This document shows positions 46,224-58,208 of a stretch of DNA of 64,000 bases, one piece after another (position 1 is the first letter of the stretch; every line of letters starts with the position of its first letter). The DNA is from Blastocladiella emersonii ATCC 22665. Taxonomy: Eukaryota > Fungi > Blastocladiomycota. The stretch spans positions 992,001-1,056,000 of the forward strand of contig JANHCV010000008.1 in NCBI GenBank assembly GCA_025594325.1. The letters run 5' to 3'. The notes under the pieces were generated by a model. It ran no database searches, had not been told where the DNA came from, and saw only the letters and a list, made by a program, of their open reading frames with translations. The translations under genes and the position numbers were made by a program.

Positions 46224-47983
46224 ATGAAGCCTAGACCAACCTTGCACTTACCGCAACTTATTGAGCGAGCCTTGTGCTATGCTGTCCAGGCGCACGAGGA
46301 CCCAAACGACCTGGCCGGACTCGCACAGTATTCGCGGCTCATGCGCCGCGCCGATATCCCGGGCGTCACGCGCGCCATTTTGCTCCGTTGCCCGCTGCTT
46401 TCCATGGACGAAGCTAGCAAGCGCGGCAACATATTTGTACTTGAGCTGTGGCGCGAGTCGCGGCTTCCTCTGAAGTATTCGGCCAACGCGCTCCTTGACG
46501 CCGGCCAGAATCTTCACTACCGAGTTCTCGACTTTTGGCACGACTCCGGCCTCCCACTTCCTTCGCTTGCTGGTCGTGAGGCTGGGTCGGCGTCCACGTT
46601 GTGCGAGGCGTGCTTGGATCTCGCCTTGTAACCCAGCCAGAAGGATCACGCTCTGTACGTCACGTTTACTCTATTTTTGAATGGAACAGTGCACTAAGGC
46701 ATACATTCTCGACGCTGTTGTAGTCGCTGTCCATTGAACAGAACTTGACTGCAGAAGACTTTCTTGAAGTAGGTGGAGAGTCCTGCGACGAGGGGGATGA
46801 CTGGGACAACTACATCTCCGACGATGAAGGTGACTTGTACAACGAGGACGGGATTGGATACGTCGAGTTCCAAGGAGGACGGCTTACCTTTTCGGGCATC
46901 TCCTTCCTAAACGATGCTTTCGAATCCCCCGACTTTCACAGACACGTCGAGCTCCTGCGCTTCATGCCATGCAATCTGACTCCCGACTCATTTGAATTCA
47001 TCAACGTTCCGTCGAGTGTAACAACAATTGAAATCCAGAGCATGCGCCACGACCTTCCTTGCGGGATACCCGCGCTCGTCTTTGGCCAGCTTCTTCCCGG
47101 CACCATTGAAAAACTCGAGTTCAAGGAGTCCTGGATCGAGAAGGGTTGTGATGCGGCGCTTGGGCAGTTTTTGCCCTCCATGCTCAACCGTCTCAGCTTT
47201 ACTGACTACGACTTCAGCCGCCTTGACGAATCGGCCACGCTCTTCTCCTTGCTTCCATTGACGCTCAAGAAACTTGTTTTCCAACGGTGCAAGTTTGGGA
47301 GTGGCCTCACGGCCATGGCCAAATCAAACCAGAGTCAGTTGCGTACCGCACCCGCCTTTGTCTCGCTCGTGCGCTTCCTCCCCTCAACGATTACCTCACT
47401 CCAGCTTATCTCGTGTGGACTCACGCTTGCAGAGGTTAAATTGCTCGCTTCACAGATCCCTCCGTCCCTCACGCATCTCGATCTTTCAGGCCTTCCCAGC
47501 GGCTCGATGCTGGCTCTCGCTTCACAGCTCCCTTCAACACTGCTGTGCTTCCACCTTTGGGATTGTTCGTTTGAAAATAATGACCTTGCGAGCTTAGCGG
47601 AGGGGCTTCCAATGCAACTCATAAAATTCCAGCTCTCGAACGTGCCAGGCGGCGTTAGTTGGTTCGCCCATGACTACGATTTTGGCCGCATCCAACTCAT
47701 CCAGGCCATCGGAAAGCTCTCGCGACTCAGCTTCCTGTGCTTTGAGGCGTTTGGTCTCAACGATTCCGAGCTTGCTCTGCTGTTGGAGTTTCTGCCCAAG
47801 TCCGTGGAACAGTTGGTTTTGGGCGGAAACCCGATGATCACCAATGCGAGTCTGGTCCCCTTGACTCGATTTGGCAGCAGTCTGACCCGTGAAGTGCTCG
47901 TGTCTTTGCACAAAACGCGCTTGACTAACGAGGCGTTTCGTGTGCTGACCTCTTGCGTGCGCCTCATAGTTTTCCAAGAGTAG
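46224..47983 (+). CDS. Ankyrin-like N-terminus + RNI-like LRR protein, 541 aa if spliced
   Basis: Exons 46224-46575, 46641-46654 and 46724-47983 join in frame through GTGAG..CAG and GTACGT..TAG introns. LPxxLxxLxL repeats. Confidence 0.7.
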
Positions 47984-49874
47984 GCTCAAAGCCCTTGAGC
48001 CTGAATAAGACGGGTAACGCAAATAGTTGACCTCTAGCAATACACCGAATCGCCGAACATTGTCAATTTGCCTCGCATGGTTGGTTGGAGATCAGAGAGG
48101 CCCAAGCCGACCTTGATCAGGAATCCACGTCACAACTTGTTAGCCTTGTATTCAGCGCCAGCAGAACTGTAATAAATATTCGGCTCTCGGGCCCAGGCGT
48201 ACCTGGCAACGCAGCTGCGCGGCTGCCGCTGCACGTCGATTTCGCAAAGCGATCAACTTTTGTTGGCGACCCTTGCAATCGCCCAATGATCATCAAGCCC
48301 AAACCCATCGGGAGTGCCTGTGAGCACCTTCCACGGTCAGCTGTTGGAGGTTTCAGAGGATTTAGGTATACGGGTAGCGGCAACCGCCAGCCGACTCGCC
48401 CGTATCTACCAAATGGCCCTCAGATGGTTGGAGCTGTTCCGCGACGCATACTCGTTTATACCTTCGTGTAACCAAGACTAAATAAACCGGGTACCGTTGT
48501 ATGCGAGCCACTACCCGATTGCAGCTCCCCCGAACGTCCGATTGATGCGCCGCGCAAACGCGAGACAGTCACGCCTGAATCACGTGCAAGGCTTGAGACA
48601 CTTTTTTACGTTTCGGGGTGGCTGAGCGGGGGCGAGTTTGCCTTCTCGCGCTCACTCCACACTCCAAAGAACGAAGCCCATGAATGATACAGACTTCTTA
48701 ACTCAGTGCACTTGCATTTTTGATGTCGTAGGACCATGTCCAGCCCATCCGGGGGGCGTCAAAGCGGGAACTTTATCAGCGACTCGAATGCGCGAACAGC
48801 GGGCACTGTTGCATGTCATGAACTGCCGCTTGCAGGTTATAAGCCAGGCTCTGCGTTCTCGCCTCTCTCCCTCGGAGTCAAATCAACCCGAGCTCGCCGC
48901 CACCCTTGCGCGCGCTCTACTCGCCGCGGAACATGCCCTTGAAACGGCTCGCGCCGACGCTCCTGCTCCTCACGGCACACTGGAGGCCGATACATCACCG
49001 CTACCAGCATTAGAGCCTGCTTTGTCTCTGGCGACACCGCGTGCGACGCCGCGTGCAAAGCCCGATACCAGGCCCCGCGATCCGCCACCCTGCTCGACCC
49101 CATCAGCCCCGCCCGTCGACCTAGTCGCCACTGTTGATGCCGCCAACTTTCAGTTTACTGCTGTCAACCCGCTCGCCGAAAAGGCTGGTGGTCAAGTGGA
49201 GCGTATGCTTGCTGCGCTCACAGATGCTGGCGTCCCGCCTGGACAGCTTGCGGAAGCCCTTCTTTTGACCCGCGCGCGTGTCCCGCGCAACATCTACCGC
49301 TCGTTTGCCATCACCTTGCGCCCAAACATGCCCGACTCGGATGCGCGCGATGTGGTACGCGCCGTTTTCCGCCCGCAACGACCCGCTTGGTTTTCACGGT
49401 GGCTCGAGTTTCGCGCAAGCAGTCGAATGGGCCTTGACGACATACTTCACGATGCGCGCCTCATACTTCGTGACGCAAACGGCTGGCACCCACCGATTGG
49501 ACGGCTCGCGCACATCAAGCAGCTTTTAGCGGAGCGATTCGACGGCGTGGATCTCCTTGACGTTCGCAAGAATATCGACGACCCGGAGCAGTCGTTTGAA
49601 GACGTCCTGAAGATGTGCTTCCGCCTCGCCAAATGGGGCCGAGTACGTCGCGACGAGGACTTTTCTTCACTAAGGGCCCGTTTGGTTCCGGGGTGAATCA
49701 GGTGGATCAATCGATTTTACACGGTCCGGTGTTCACCCAGCTGAAACGTGGGATTTTCACCCCGTCGCGTTCATCGCGGCGTTTGGTTCAACCCCCGGGT
49801 GAGCTGAATGGAACCCTCGTCGCTGAATCGCCCGTCTGCTCGCCCCCGAAACCTTCAGGCTGTGCTCCCCGGCC

Positions 49875-49882
49875 TATATAAA
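49875..49882 (+). promoter_or_regulatory. TATA box of the Harbinger Myb gene
   Basis: TATATAAA about 60 nt upstream of ATG 49944; retained in copy 1. Confidence 0.5.
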
Positions 49883-49943
49883 CGCCGTTTTCCTCCAAAG
49901 TAACTCGCTCTCTCTCCCCCGTCCTCCCTCAAAGCCGAAAAGA

Positions 49944-51073
49944 ATGGCTCCCCCGTCAAGCAAAAAGCGCGCTGGCCGTACGGCCATGTCCATCGAGGAG
50001 ATCGTCAAGAACGTGCCCGAAATCCCGCCGCCGCCCGCCGATAGCGACGAGGATGCAGATGACGACGCTGCTGGGAGCGACGGCAACGCTGCTGTCACGC
50101 CGACCAACCCGCTGCCGCCCGTGACCATCGCCAAGCCAAGCAAGCGCAAGGCCAGTGGCAGCAAGGCCAGCAGCGGCAAGGCCAGCGGCGGCAAGGCCAC
50201 CTTCTGCTCCGCGTCGACCAACTTCCTCCTCGACCACTTCTGCAACCTCGCTGACGACGGCGTGCTCGGCGACAGCAACACGCTCAAGGCCCAGCACCGT
50301 GTGTCGATTGCCCAGGCCCTGTCGGACGAGTTCAACATGCAGTTTACGGCGGAGCAGGTCAAGAACCGCGTGACATACGTACGCTTTGTCTTGCGGACAC
50401 GCGTCAACCGTAGCGCTAACAACGTCAGCGTTCGGCTCCAGCTTCGCACTTGTTTTCGCGCCGTAAAACGGCTTCTGTCGTACTCGGGCAACGGCTGCAC
50501 CTGGAATGAGGGTGAGTGCACGGTCGACGTGCCAGAGGAGTTCTGGAACGATCTCTCGGTACGTTTGTTCAATATCGTTACGCGTCAACTCGCGGCGAGC
50601 TAACAGCGCCTGGCCTGCTTCAATTGTAGGCAGAGCTCAAGGAGGAGCTGACTGCGGGCTGCAAGCCCTTCCCGTACTACAAGAAGGCCAACATGCTGTG
50701 GGGCAGCTCGACCGCCACCGGCGAGTACTCGCACCTCGAGCAGGACGGCAAGGAGTCTGGTGACGTGGAAGGTGTCGATGGTCAAGACGACGCGGCCCCC
50801 GCCAGCAAGCGCAGCCGCACTTCGGACAGCAGCTCGCGTCGCCTCTCGGACTCGGAATTCCTCCTGGGCATCAAGGAGGTGTTCCAGAGCGTCGCGACCG
50901 CCGACCCCAAGCCCGTCCTGACCGCCGCACTTGAATGGGTCCAGGACGCGTACAACGACAATGAAGAGTACCAGATCGACGTCGCCACCCGCCTGACCGA
51001 GGATCAAGCGCTTCGCGTCATGGCCGTGTCCGAATCGAAGCGCAAGCGCGTCCTCGAGTTTTTCATTCAGTAG
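49944..51073 (+). CDS. Harbinger Myb/SANT-like DNA-binding protein, 331 aa after splicing
   Basis: Exons 49944-50378, 50442-50558, 50630-51073. QVKNR..L...LLSYSGNGCTWNE and PFPYY..ANMLWG...ATG motifs; convergent with the transposase. Confidence 0.85.
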
Positions 51074-51386
51074 CTCTCTCGCACATGTCCCCCTCCCCTC
51101 GCGTTGCTTCCTGGCCTTGTTCTCGCCCATTTGTGTCCAATACATCTGGCTTTGTGTCCATCGTATCTTCAATCGTTACCCTTGGCTCGAAAATGACGCG
51201 ACTCGTTGAGAAACGCGTGGTTCGCAAAGTGTCTCACACGTCACGTGATTGATCGACGCGTCTCCACCGATGCGTTCTGACCTCAGCGACGCGTCAAATC
51301 ATCTGGAATCGCTTATATAACATTATAGTACTTGACAAATCAGTATATTACAGCATGCATGCGGGTACAACAATTATTTCGCGCCT

Positions 51387-52703
51387 TCAAAGACGGGTCC
51401 CACGAGCGGCCATGACGCGCCTGTACTCGGTCCAAAGAACATTTGCGACGCGGTTCCGAAGCGAGATACCGCGCTGACGAGCTCCGTCCAGCGAGGCCTC
51501 GAGGACAGCGGCCTCGTCGTCCTCCTCGTTCTCGTCGTCCAGGGGCTCGCGCCCACGCACTGGCGCCTCACGCGCCGCGTCCCGCGCGCGCCGGAGCTCC
51601 GTCTCGGCGTCGCGAAAGAAGGCGTCGCCGCCTTGGTTCCACTTGTTGATCATGTTGTGCAGCGTGCAGAGCGCGTACACAAGCTTGACTTGAGTCTTGA
51701 TTGGGTAGGCCGCGCCAATCGAGAGGACGCGGAACCGCTTCTTGAGCACGCCAAAGATACGCTCAACAGAGTTGCGGAGCGACGCGTGACGCAGATTGAA
51801 AAGCTCCTCGCGGTTCTTAACTCTACGTACGTTGATGAAGCGGATGAGATGGCGCCAACGTGATGGTCATGGCAGTGAGAACGTACCCATCCTTGCCGCG
51901 GGCAAACTCGCGAAGATGATAGCGGGTACCGCGGAAGGGCACGATGATGGACGTGCGGTTTGCGTAGCCGCCGTCGGCGAGGTAGAAGCGGCCGGCGGGG
52001 ATCTTGAACCCACGGGCGAAGGCGTCCGAGAGCACGCGCGAGTCGTGCGCCTTGCCCTCCCACCCTGCGAGAACGTAGGTGAAGTTCAAGTCAAAGTCGC
52101 AGGCAGCGAGGACATTTGAGTATATGGTCCCCTTGCGGTTTCGGAACGAGTCGTGAAGCTTAGTGGGCACAACAAACGGGATGTGCGTTCCGTCAAGCGC
52201 GCCGACCGCGTTCTGGAACGGAGCGTATTTCGGGTCGTGGGCGATGCGCTCATGCACGGGCGTAGAATCGGACGGCTGGACAATGAACTCGGGCATCAGG
52301 CGGTACAGAGCGTCGAGCACTTGCTTCAGAACCCTGGACGCGGTCTCGCCAGAGATTTGGAACCGCTCCCTGAGGTTGCGGTTGGTGCTGCCCTCGCCGG
52401 CCATGACAAGAAAAACCATGAAGCGCGCCTCGACGGACAGCTCGCGGCCGTCGGCGAGAAGGCCACGGTCGCGGAACAGGCGGCAGATGGCCTTGAAGGT
52501 CTCGCGGGGCATACGGGCGATTTCCGAAAAACGCGTTTCGCTGTTGCACGTCAGCAGCTCTTGAACCCACGACTCGCCGGAAGCGTGGACGTGCGGATAG
52601 GCTCCCACGAGCGGCGCTCGTTGCGAGCAGCGAGACGTCGCAGGAGAGCGAGGGCGGCTGTGAGCATTAGGCCGCGCAGCTTGCGGTTGTATCCCTTGCC
52701 CAT
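51387..52703 (-). pseudogene. Harbinger transposase with a 1-bp deletion
   Basis: 1317 bp versus 1318 bp in copy 1. CACGCTTTCCGG became CACGCTTCCGG near 52581, a frameshift at about codon 41. May be a homopolymer sequencing error. Confidence 0.8.
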
Positions 52704-54102
52704 GTTGTTTGAGGGCTCGAGAACACGATGCGTGAGGTTAGGTGTTGATTCGTTGCAATAAGTGCGGCTGCAAAGAGGTGGGAAAGATTTTATTGCGGGG
52801 GGGGGGCGTTCATCCAGCGGGGCGTTTGGTTCGCACGGCCGCTGAGATGAACGGGGGTGAGGTGAAACGTGGCAACTTTTTCAGCTGATCCACCTGATCT
52901 GAACCAAACGGGCCCTAAGCTCGGGCGTGATCGGGTCAAAGCGGCGCCGACAAGACTCGCCAGCGCCACTGTCTCGCGCCGCCGCTACTTCTGCTTCCGC
53001 TTCCGTGGTCGCCGAAACCTCCGCTTCCAGCTGCGTCGCCTTGCAGCGCAAGTCACCGCTCCCGGGCCTCACCTGTGTGTACTGCATCGCTTTCATGACG
53101 TTCAATCAACCCAAGTCGAGACGAACGCGTCCACACAGCGAAGCAGAGTGTAGTCGAGTGACCAACGCACATAACCTCGCCATCGTCATCTACAAGGCGC
53201 TTGACTCGCTTCCTGCGCACACACAAATCAAGCTTTCCATGCCTTCACGCAGCGAACCCGCCTCGGCGATCATGACTTCGCTACGTCAGCTCGAGCGCGA
53301 TCTCGCGCGCGAAAGCAAGGCAACCGCGCAGTGGCTCGGTCACGCCGCTGTGGTGGCCTTGGCGCGGCTTCCACCCGATGGTCGAGTGCGCTCGGTCCAG
53401 CGCACATTGCTCGTTCTGGAAGGCATGCTGAAAGCGCCCACGAATGCTACTTGGGAAGAGGTGGTCGAGAACGGAATGAGAGCGATACGCTAAAGCTAAA
53501 TATACGTGAGCTGAGGTTGTTCCGGATTATTTGGTTGTAGTGAGTTGTTTTGATCAAATCGACTCAGCGCATGCCTAAATCGAGCGCCCATGACGTGGCT
53601 AAGGTCAAGAACTACACGGCGACCTTGGCGATGCAGATGCTTTGGCGCAAGGAAGTGGGCACTGCGCTCTAGTCGACTCTGTGTATGCTTCTCGCCCAAT
53701 CCGATCTCAAGGTGTACAGATTCACACTGTGCTCACCGTGTCTAACACAGCCCTCGTTCATGGGCCAGTCTGATTCATGTTACAGGGCCACGAGCGCAAC
53801 AGCTACAAGGACCTGTTCAAAGTCCGCCTCACCGCGTTCCGCTCGACCACACGCAACCCGCTGCGAGACGATCCCTCTAACGAGTAGCGCTAAACACTTG
53901 GCATCTCAACGCACTCGACTATACAGCATCTGTCAGATAAAATCCCGCCGCTCGCTAACGTTCTTGATACCGATATTGCTCGAAACAAAGGCGGCCGCGC
54001 TCTGTGCCAGGGCGAAGCTGTCAACGGTCGACGCGTCCCTGAAGCCCGGCTGACTGATCAAGCTGGTGGCCAGCCCCAATCGCAACCTGCGCCGCACAAT
54101 GT

Positions 54103-54139
54103 GAGACGCGTTTCGATATCATGTGGCGTCAGGTGACGC
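54103..54139 (+). promoter_or_regulatory. Conserved 37-bp upstream block of A4 genes
   Basis: GAGACGCGTTTCGATATCATGTGGCGTCAGGTGACGC; ~84 nt upstream of ATG 54223. Confidence 0.6.
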
Positions 54140-54222
54140 CTGAATGCCGCGGCGAGACCCAAAGGCGCGCCGCTGCTCCGCAGTGACCTTCCCCCCAGTG
54201 TGCCAGGAATCTATGAAACGCC

Positions 54223-55692
54223 ATGAACACTCGATGCAATAGTCTTTTTGACGCTCATGTACCAACGTGGAAACCTGAAATCGACCGTGAGCGACAAATC
54301 CTCCTTGCGACTATGCACCAGCAGGCGATGTCCTTGCGCTTATCTCATATCCAGCTCGCCCTTGCCGCTCGCCGCGGCTCCAACCCACCCGGTCAAGACA
54401 CCGCTTCCGAACAGTCGGCTTCCTTGACAACGGAGCTTCGGAACTTGGAACAATCGCGCGAGGCCCTCGAAAGTCGTTGCAACCCAACTGCGGTTTCTCA
54501 TGCAGGATCTCGGCTTCCACTCACAGATCTCTCTGTCCTTGCAAATGAGCCGTCTTGGGGTCCGCCAAGCCGGGCTGTCCCCTCGCAACGCGAGCCGCAG
54601 CTTCCGCCAGAGGAAGATATTTCTCGACCAAGCTTGACTGCCGCTCTTCCAACTCCATTCGCTTCGCCGCAATAACGGACTCAGACTAGGGCACCAGCTT
54701 CGCAAAATCGCGGGTGCGCTTATGATTACCAGTTGTATGAAGTCCTTTGCCACCGTGGCCCGAAACTCAAGCTTGCAACGACAATGGATCACGATACGGC
54801 AGTTCACACCACCTCCATGTTTCTGGACGATTTGCGAAAGCTTTTCCCACAATACCCCTTGGCGAGCGTGCTCCTGACGGCGACAAGGTTCATGCCTCGC
54901 CCGGCCTACCACGTTCTTGCAGTTTTCCTACACGCCGACGCTTCGGACTTTGCTGGCCAGCAGCTTTTGCTTGACGTCCTTGCCCCCTAATGGAATCGCG
55001 ACTGGGTGCTTCGGTGGCTCGCAAGTAGTCCACAGGCGAAAAAATCCGTGTGGCGATTTTATGATGACTTGTGCGCGCTGCTTCGCGAAGCTGTCAATCC
55101 GGACGAAGAGCCTGGATTTCAGGACTGCCGACGAGTGAAGCTGGTTTTTGCACAAAAGCTGTACCCTGGGCAAGGAAACACGGCTGGACCGGCCATGGGC
55201 ATTGTATCCAATCCGCAAGCGACGCTTATGGATCTTGCGCCAGCTTACTACTCTCAGCTGAATAGCAGTCCAGCCGCCCCGCCCAAGCGATTCCCTTGGT
55301 GCTCATTCTGCACTCAGCTTCCTTTCATACACGCCGCGGGCACCATGCATCCGCTCGCCGCGTGCTGGAATCTGCGCGAGTATGGCGAGCATGCACGAAT
55401 CGTTGTCAAGGCCCTCGGTCATGCTGCCTTCGCGGTCCCGGATCTGCGTTCGAGCGGACCATTCCGGGATTGGCAAGCCGTGCAAATGACCAGAACAATC
55501 CTCAAGCAGCTTCGCGAAGTGCCGATTCCGACGGGTTCTCCTAGCCTGGTTCGCAAAGCTAACGCCGACGCGTGTGGACTGCTGAGCGCCCTTCTCTCGC
55601 TGCCACACGGGAACGCGCAGCACGCGATGAAGACCTTGTGGGCTCAAGCAGCTGGTTATGTGCAACCAGTAGCGTTAGGGCACGTAGTATGA
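54223..55692 (+). pseudogene. Family A (A4) gene with two in-frame TAA stops
   Basis: ORFs 54223, 54733 and 55006 are in one frame, separated only by TAA 54673 and TAA 54988. Colinear with 36694. Confidence 0.85.
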
Positions 55693-55849
55693 TGTGATGT
55701 GCCGATACCAATTAGTATCTTTCGTGTGCCGCGAGCGGAGTAAGAGCACTCTGCACTTTACTTATGAGAGAGTCGAGTCGATCAACGGCACAAAGACAGG
55801 CATTAGGTCATCGATCCTGCTGCGCATCGCGTCCCACAGTTATTGAATC

Positions 55850-56330
55850 ACATACAACCACGTAGCAGCGGGAAGCGGCAAGCTCTCGCAAAGCGGGAAG
55901 CTCTCGCGACGCGCCTATTACAGATAGCGCATGATCTACATCGGAGGCATCCCCAAGCGCGATTGCAGGGTATGCGCGAGAAGAGTGAGCCGTTCGATCC
56001 GCTTGATAACCTCGCGGTCAATGATCGCGCCAGTGACCAGGTTCAACCGAAGCAGGGACCGCACCAGTGATTATCAGGTTGACCCCAAGCTTCTGTGCCA
56101 TCGTGACAAGCAGCCGCGCATGAGTGATAGGCTGATGCAGGAGCGGTTCAGCACCATAGAAGTTGCCCGAGCTTGCTCTTCAATTCTGGTTCGTGGTCGG
56201 CATACACCAACAGCGAGCTTGAGGTAGTGGGAAAAGGGTGGGTACTGACTGATTGCAACAGTGACATTCATGTATTGAAGGTGAGAAAAGGGAGTAATCA
56301 ACGTGCTTGATTTGCGAGGCGGCCGTGTGC
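55850..56330 (-). pseudogene. Family A 3' remnant (58209 type)
   Basis: My translation: CHCCNQSVP..LLHQPITHARLLVTMAQKLGVNL..REVIKRIERLT..GDASDVDHAL, matching the 58209-59093 copy, with frameshifts. Confidence 0.55.
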
Positions 56331-56407
56331 AACGCGCTAGGTGATTAATCACGGAAGGATTCAACCAGGCGCGGACTGGAGCTGGACTAGCGAAGACGCG
56401 AGTCGGC

Positions 56408-57838
56408 TCATGGAAAGTGGGGAACGCGAGGCGTGTAGCCGAGCCAATGAATAACTTGGGGATCGGATATAGGCCGTTCCAAGGGCGGCAAAGACACGCG
56501 CTCGCGCGGGAAGTCTGGCGGGGTGACAAAACAATAGGAAAGCTTGCTTGTGTGCCACCATTTCGCAACCGCAGTCTGCCCCCGATTAAGAGCGCGAGTC
56601 CCGATTCCAGGAACGTACTTGAGAGGAAGCCCATGGCTCAGGAACCATTCGAGCGAGCTGGTCCATCCGAACTTGGTCATACGCTCCATGGCCGCGATCG
56701 TGTACTTGATCTCACACCCGTGCTTGTGAAACCAGTCGAGGACTGGCACCGAGCAATGAAACGGCGAGACTGCGTCGATGGCCTGTTCCGTGTATGTGAG
56801 GGCCGGAGGCGGAAGGTTCGCGACAAACCAGTCCAAGGCGACGATATTTCCAGCGGCGCAAGCGCGGTCGATGACTGACGGGGTCATGATCCATTGCGGG
56901 TCACCGACAGGGATGACACTCGAAGCAAGCCAAGCGAGGAAATTTGAGTCTGGCGCACCGATGCCTGCAACGATGAGAGCGTCGCGAGGAAGGGTATCAA
57001 TCCAGCTTTTGCCCGCTTCGAGAATCCAGTCCAGCGTGACGCGCGGGAGGCGGTGTAGATGGTGATGGAGCAGAATGAGATCGATGGGGCCGTTGTGGTC
57101 CATCCACCAGCGCAAGATGTGAACGTGGCCGCCCTGGCACGCCTTGAGAAAAGCGCTGTGCTGTTTGACTTCGAATTTGCCAGCGCGCCACCACTCGAGC
57201 GAGCAGAGATGACCCGCGGCGGCTGCACCTTCGAAGGCCGAGTGCGAGTAAGGGAAGGGAGCTCCGCGGTCGACGAGCCACTGAAGCACTGCGACATGGC
57301 CGTTGGCCGAAGCGCGGTCGGCGGCCTGGGTGGAGAGCTTGAATTCGAGTCCGCTTGTCGACCACCAATCGAGAGTTTCAAGTTTACCCGTAGCAGCAGC
57401 CTCCTCGATCGAGAAGTAGTCGTATGCGAACGGGACGCCAGAAGTACGCCAAAACTCGAGAATCCGCACGTCAGTCGAGTGAGAATGGTCAACGTGTCCG
57501 GTCACCCGAAGTCCCGAAGCCAGCCACCACGAGATGAGATCAAGCCGGTTGGATAGACACGGTGCGACAAGAACATCGTCGGCAACTTTGAAAGAAGCTG
57601 CACCGCGGTGTCGAACGTACTCGCGGAGCAGCGGCAGGTTCATCGATTTCACGGCGTCCTCGAACTTCGGGAGGGTCATCTTGTGAAAGACGACGGTTTG
57701 AAGCTTTGGCATGCCCGGCGCGACGTACAGGTACGGGAGGGGCTTGAACCCGCGCCTTTCGCGAAGAACGGCGAGGATTAGGATGTCCTCGAGGAGCTCG
57801 ACTGGGAACCATTTGCTGCAAGTTTCATTTGAGTCCAT
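56408..57838 (-). CDS. Ankyrin-repeat protein with a possible N-terminal F-box-like motif, ~476 aa
   Basis: FPVELLEDILILAV, then repeats A...G[HK]..[LV]L.WW..SG[LV].F.Y (e.g. ADRASANGHVAVLQWLVDRG). Confidence 0.8.
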   Translation of the reverse strand: MDSNETCSKWFPVELLEDILILAVLRERRGFKPLPYLYVAPGMPKLQTVVFHKMTLPKFEDAVKSMNLPLLREYVRHRGAASFKVADDVLVAPCLSNRLDLISWWLASGLRVTGHVDHSHSTDVRILEFWRTSGVPFAYDYFSIEEAAATGKLETLDWWSTSGLEFKLSTQAADRASANGHVAVLQWLVDRGAPFPYSHSAFEGAAAAGHLCSLEWWRAGKFEVKQHSAFLKACQGGHVHILRWWMDHNGPIDLILLHHHLHRLPRVTLDWILEAGKSWIDTLPRDALIVAGIGAPDSNFLAWLASSVIPVGDPQWIMTPSVIDRACAAGNIVALDWFVANLPPPALTYTEQAIDAVSPFHCSVPVLDWFHKHGCEIKYTIAAMERMTKFGWTSSLEWFLSHGLPLKYVPGIGTRALNRGQTAVAKWWHTSKLSYCFVTPPDFPRERVSLPPLERPISDPQVIHWLGYTPRVPHFP

Positions 57839-58208
57839 GGCTATAAAGCGTGCCTTTGCGGTGAGTGCGACATCATTGGTGTCCTCTCTCGCAGTTATGG
57901 CGGCGCAGATGGGCTCCCGCGGCGCATCGCGCGGGTGGGAATCCGCTCGCAACACGTGACCGAAACGCGTTCTTTCTCCACTCCTCCGGCGCCGAGTCAC
58001 CTCTCTATCTCTATCGCGATCTCGCAACCGTGTGACTTTCTTGATCACCGTTGACTCGAACTCGCGTATATGATGTTCCCTCGGACAGAACCGTGCCGTG
58101 TTGATGCCATTCTTGATGGGGCGGGAGAGGAGTAGTCATGGATGTTTCTGCCTTCGGTCCTGAACCCAACGCGGGTTGCGAAGAGATAGGATAATAAACC
58201 AGGAGTAT

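Larger units (their letters stand above)
49674..52915 (-). mobile_element. PIF/Harbinger transposon, copy 2 (3242 bp, inverted relative to copy 1)
   Basis: Same TIRs; TAA duplication at 49671-73 and 52916-18; near-identical to copy 1. Confidence 0.95.
48680..53493 (+). pseudogene. Family A (A3) gene interrupted by Harbinger copy 2
   Basis: Removing 49674-52915 plus one TAA gives an uninterrupted 522-aa ORF (...DEDFSSL|SSGVIGSKRRR...CVYC-x16-H-x4-C...). Confidence 0.85.

Noticed and set aside
49874-52761. Alternative-frame ORFs inside the Harbinger elements
   Set aside because: Explained as shadows of the GC3-biased transposase and Myb genes.
58049-58135. rRNA, tRNA or other structured ncRNA genes here or elsewhere in the window
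   Set aside because: No cloverleaf, box A/B or rRNA signature recognised by eye; tRNAscan-SE and Infernal would be needed to exclude them.
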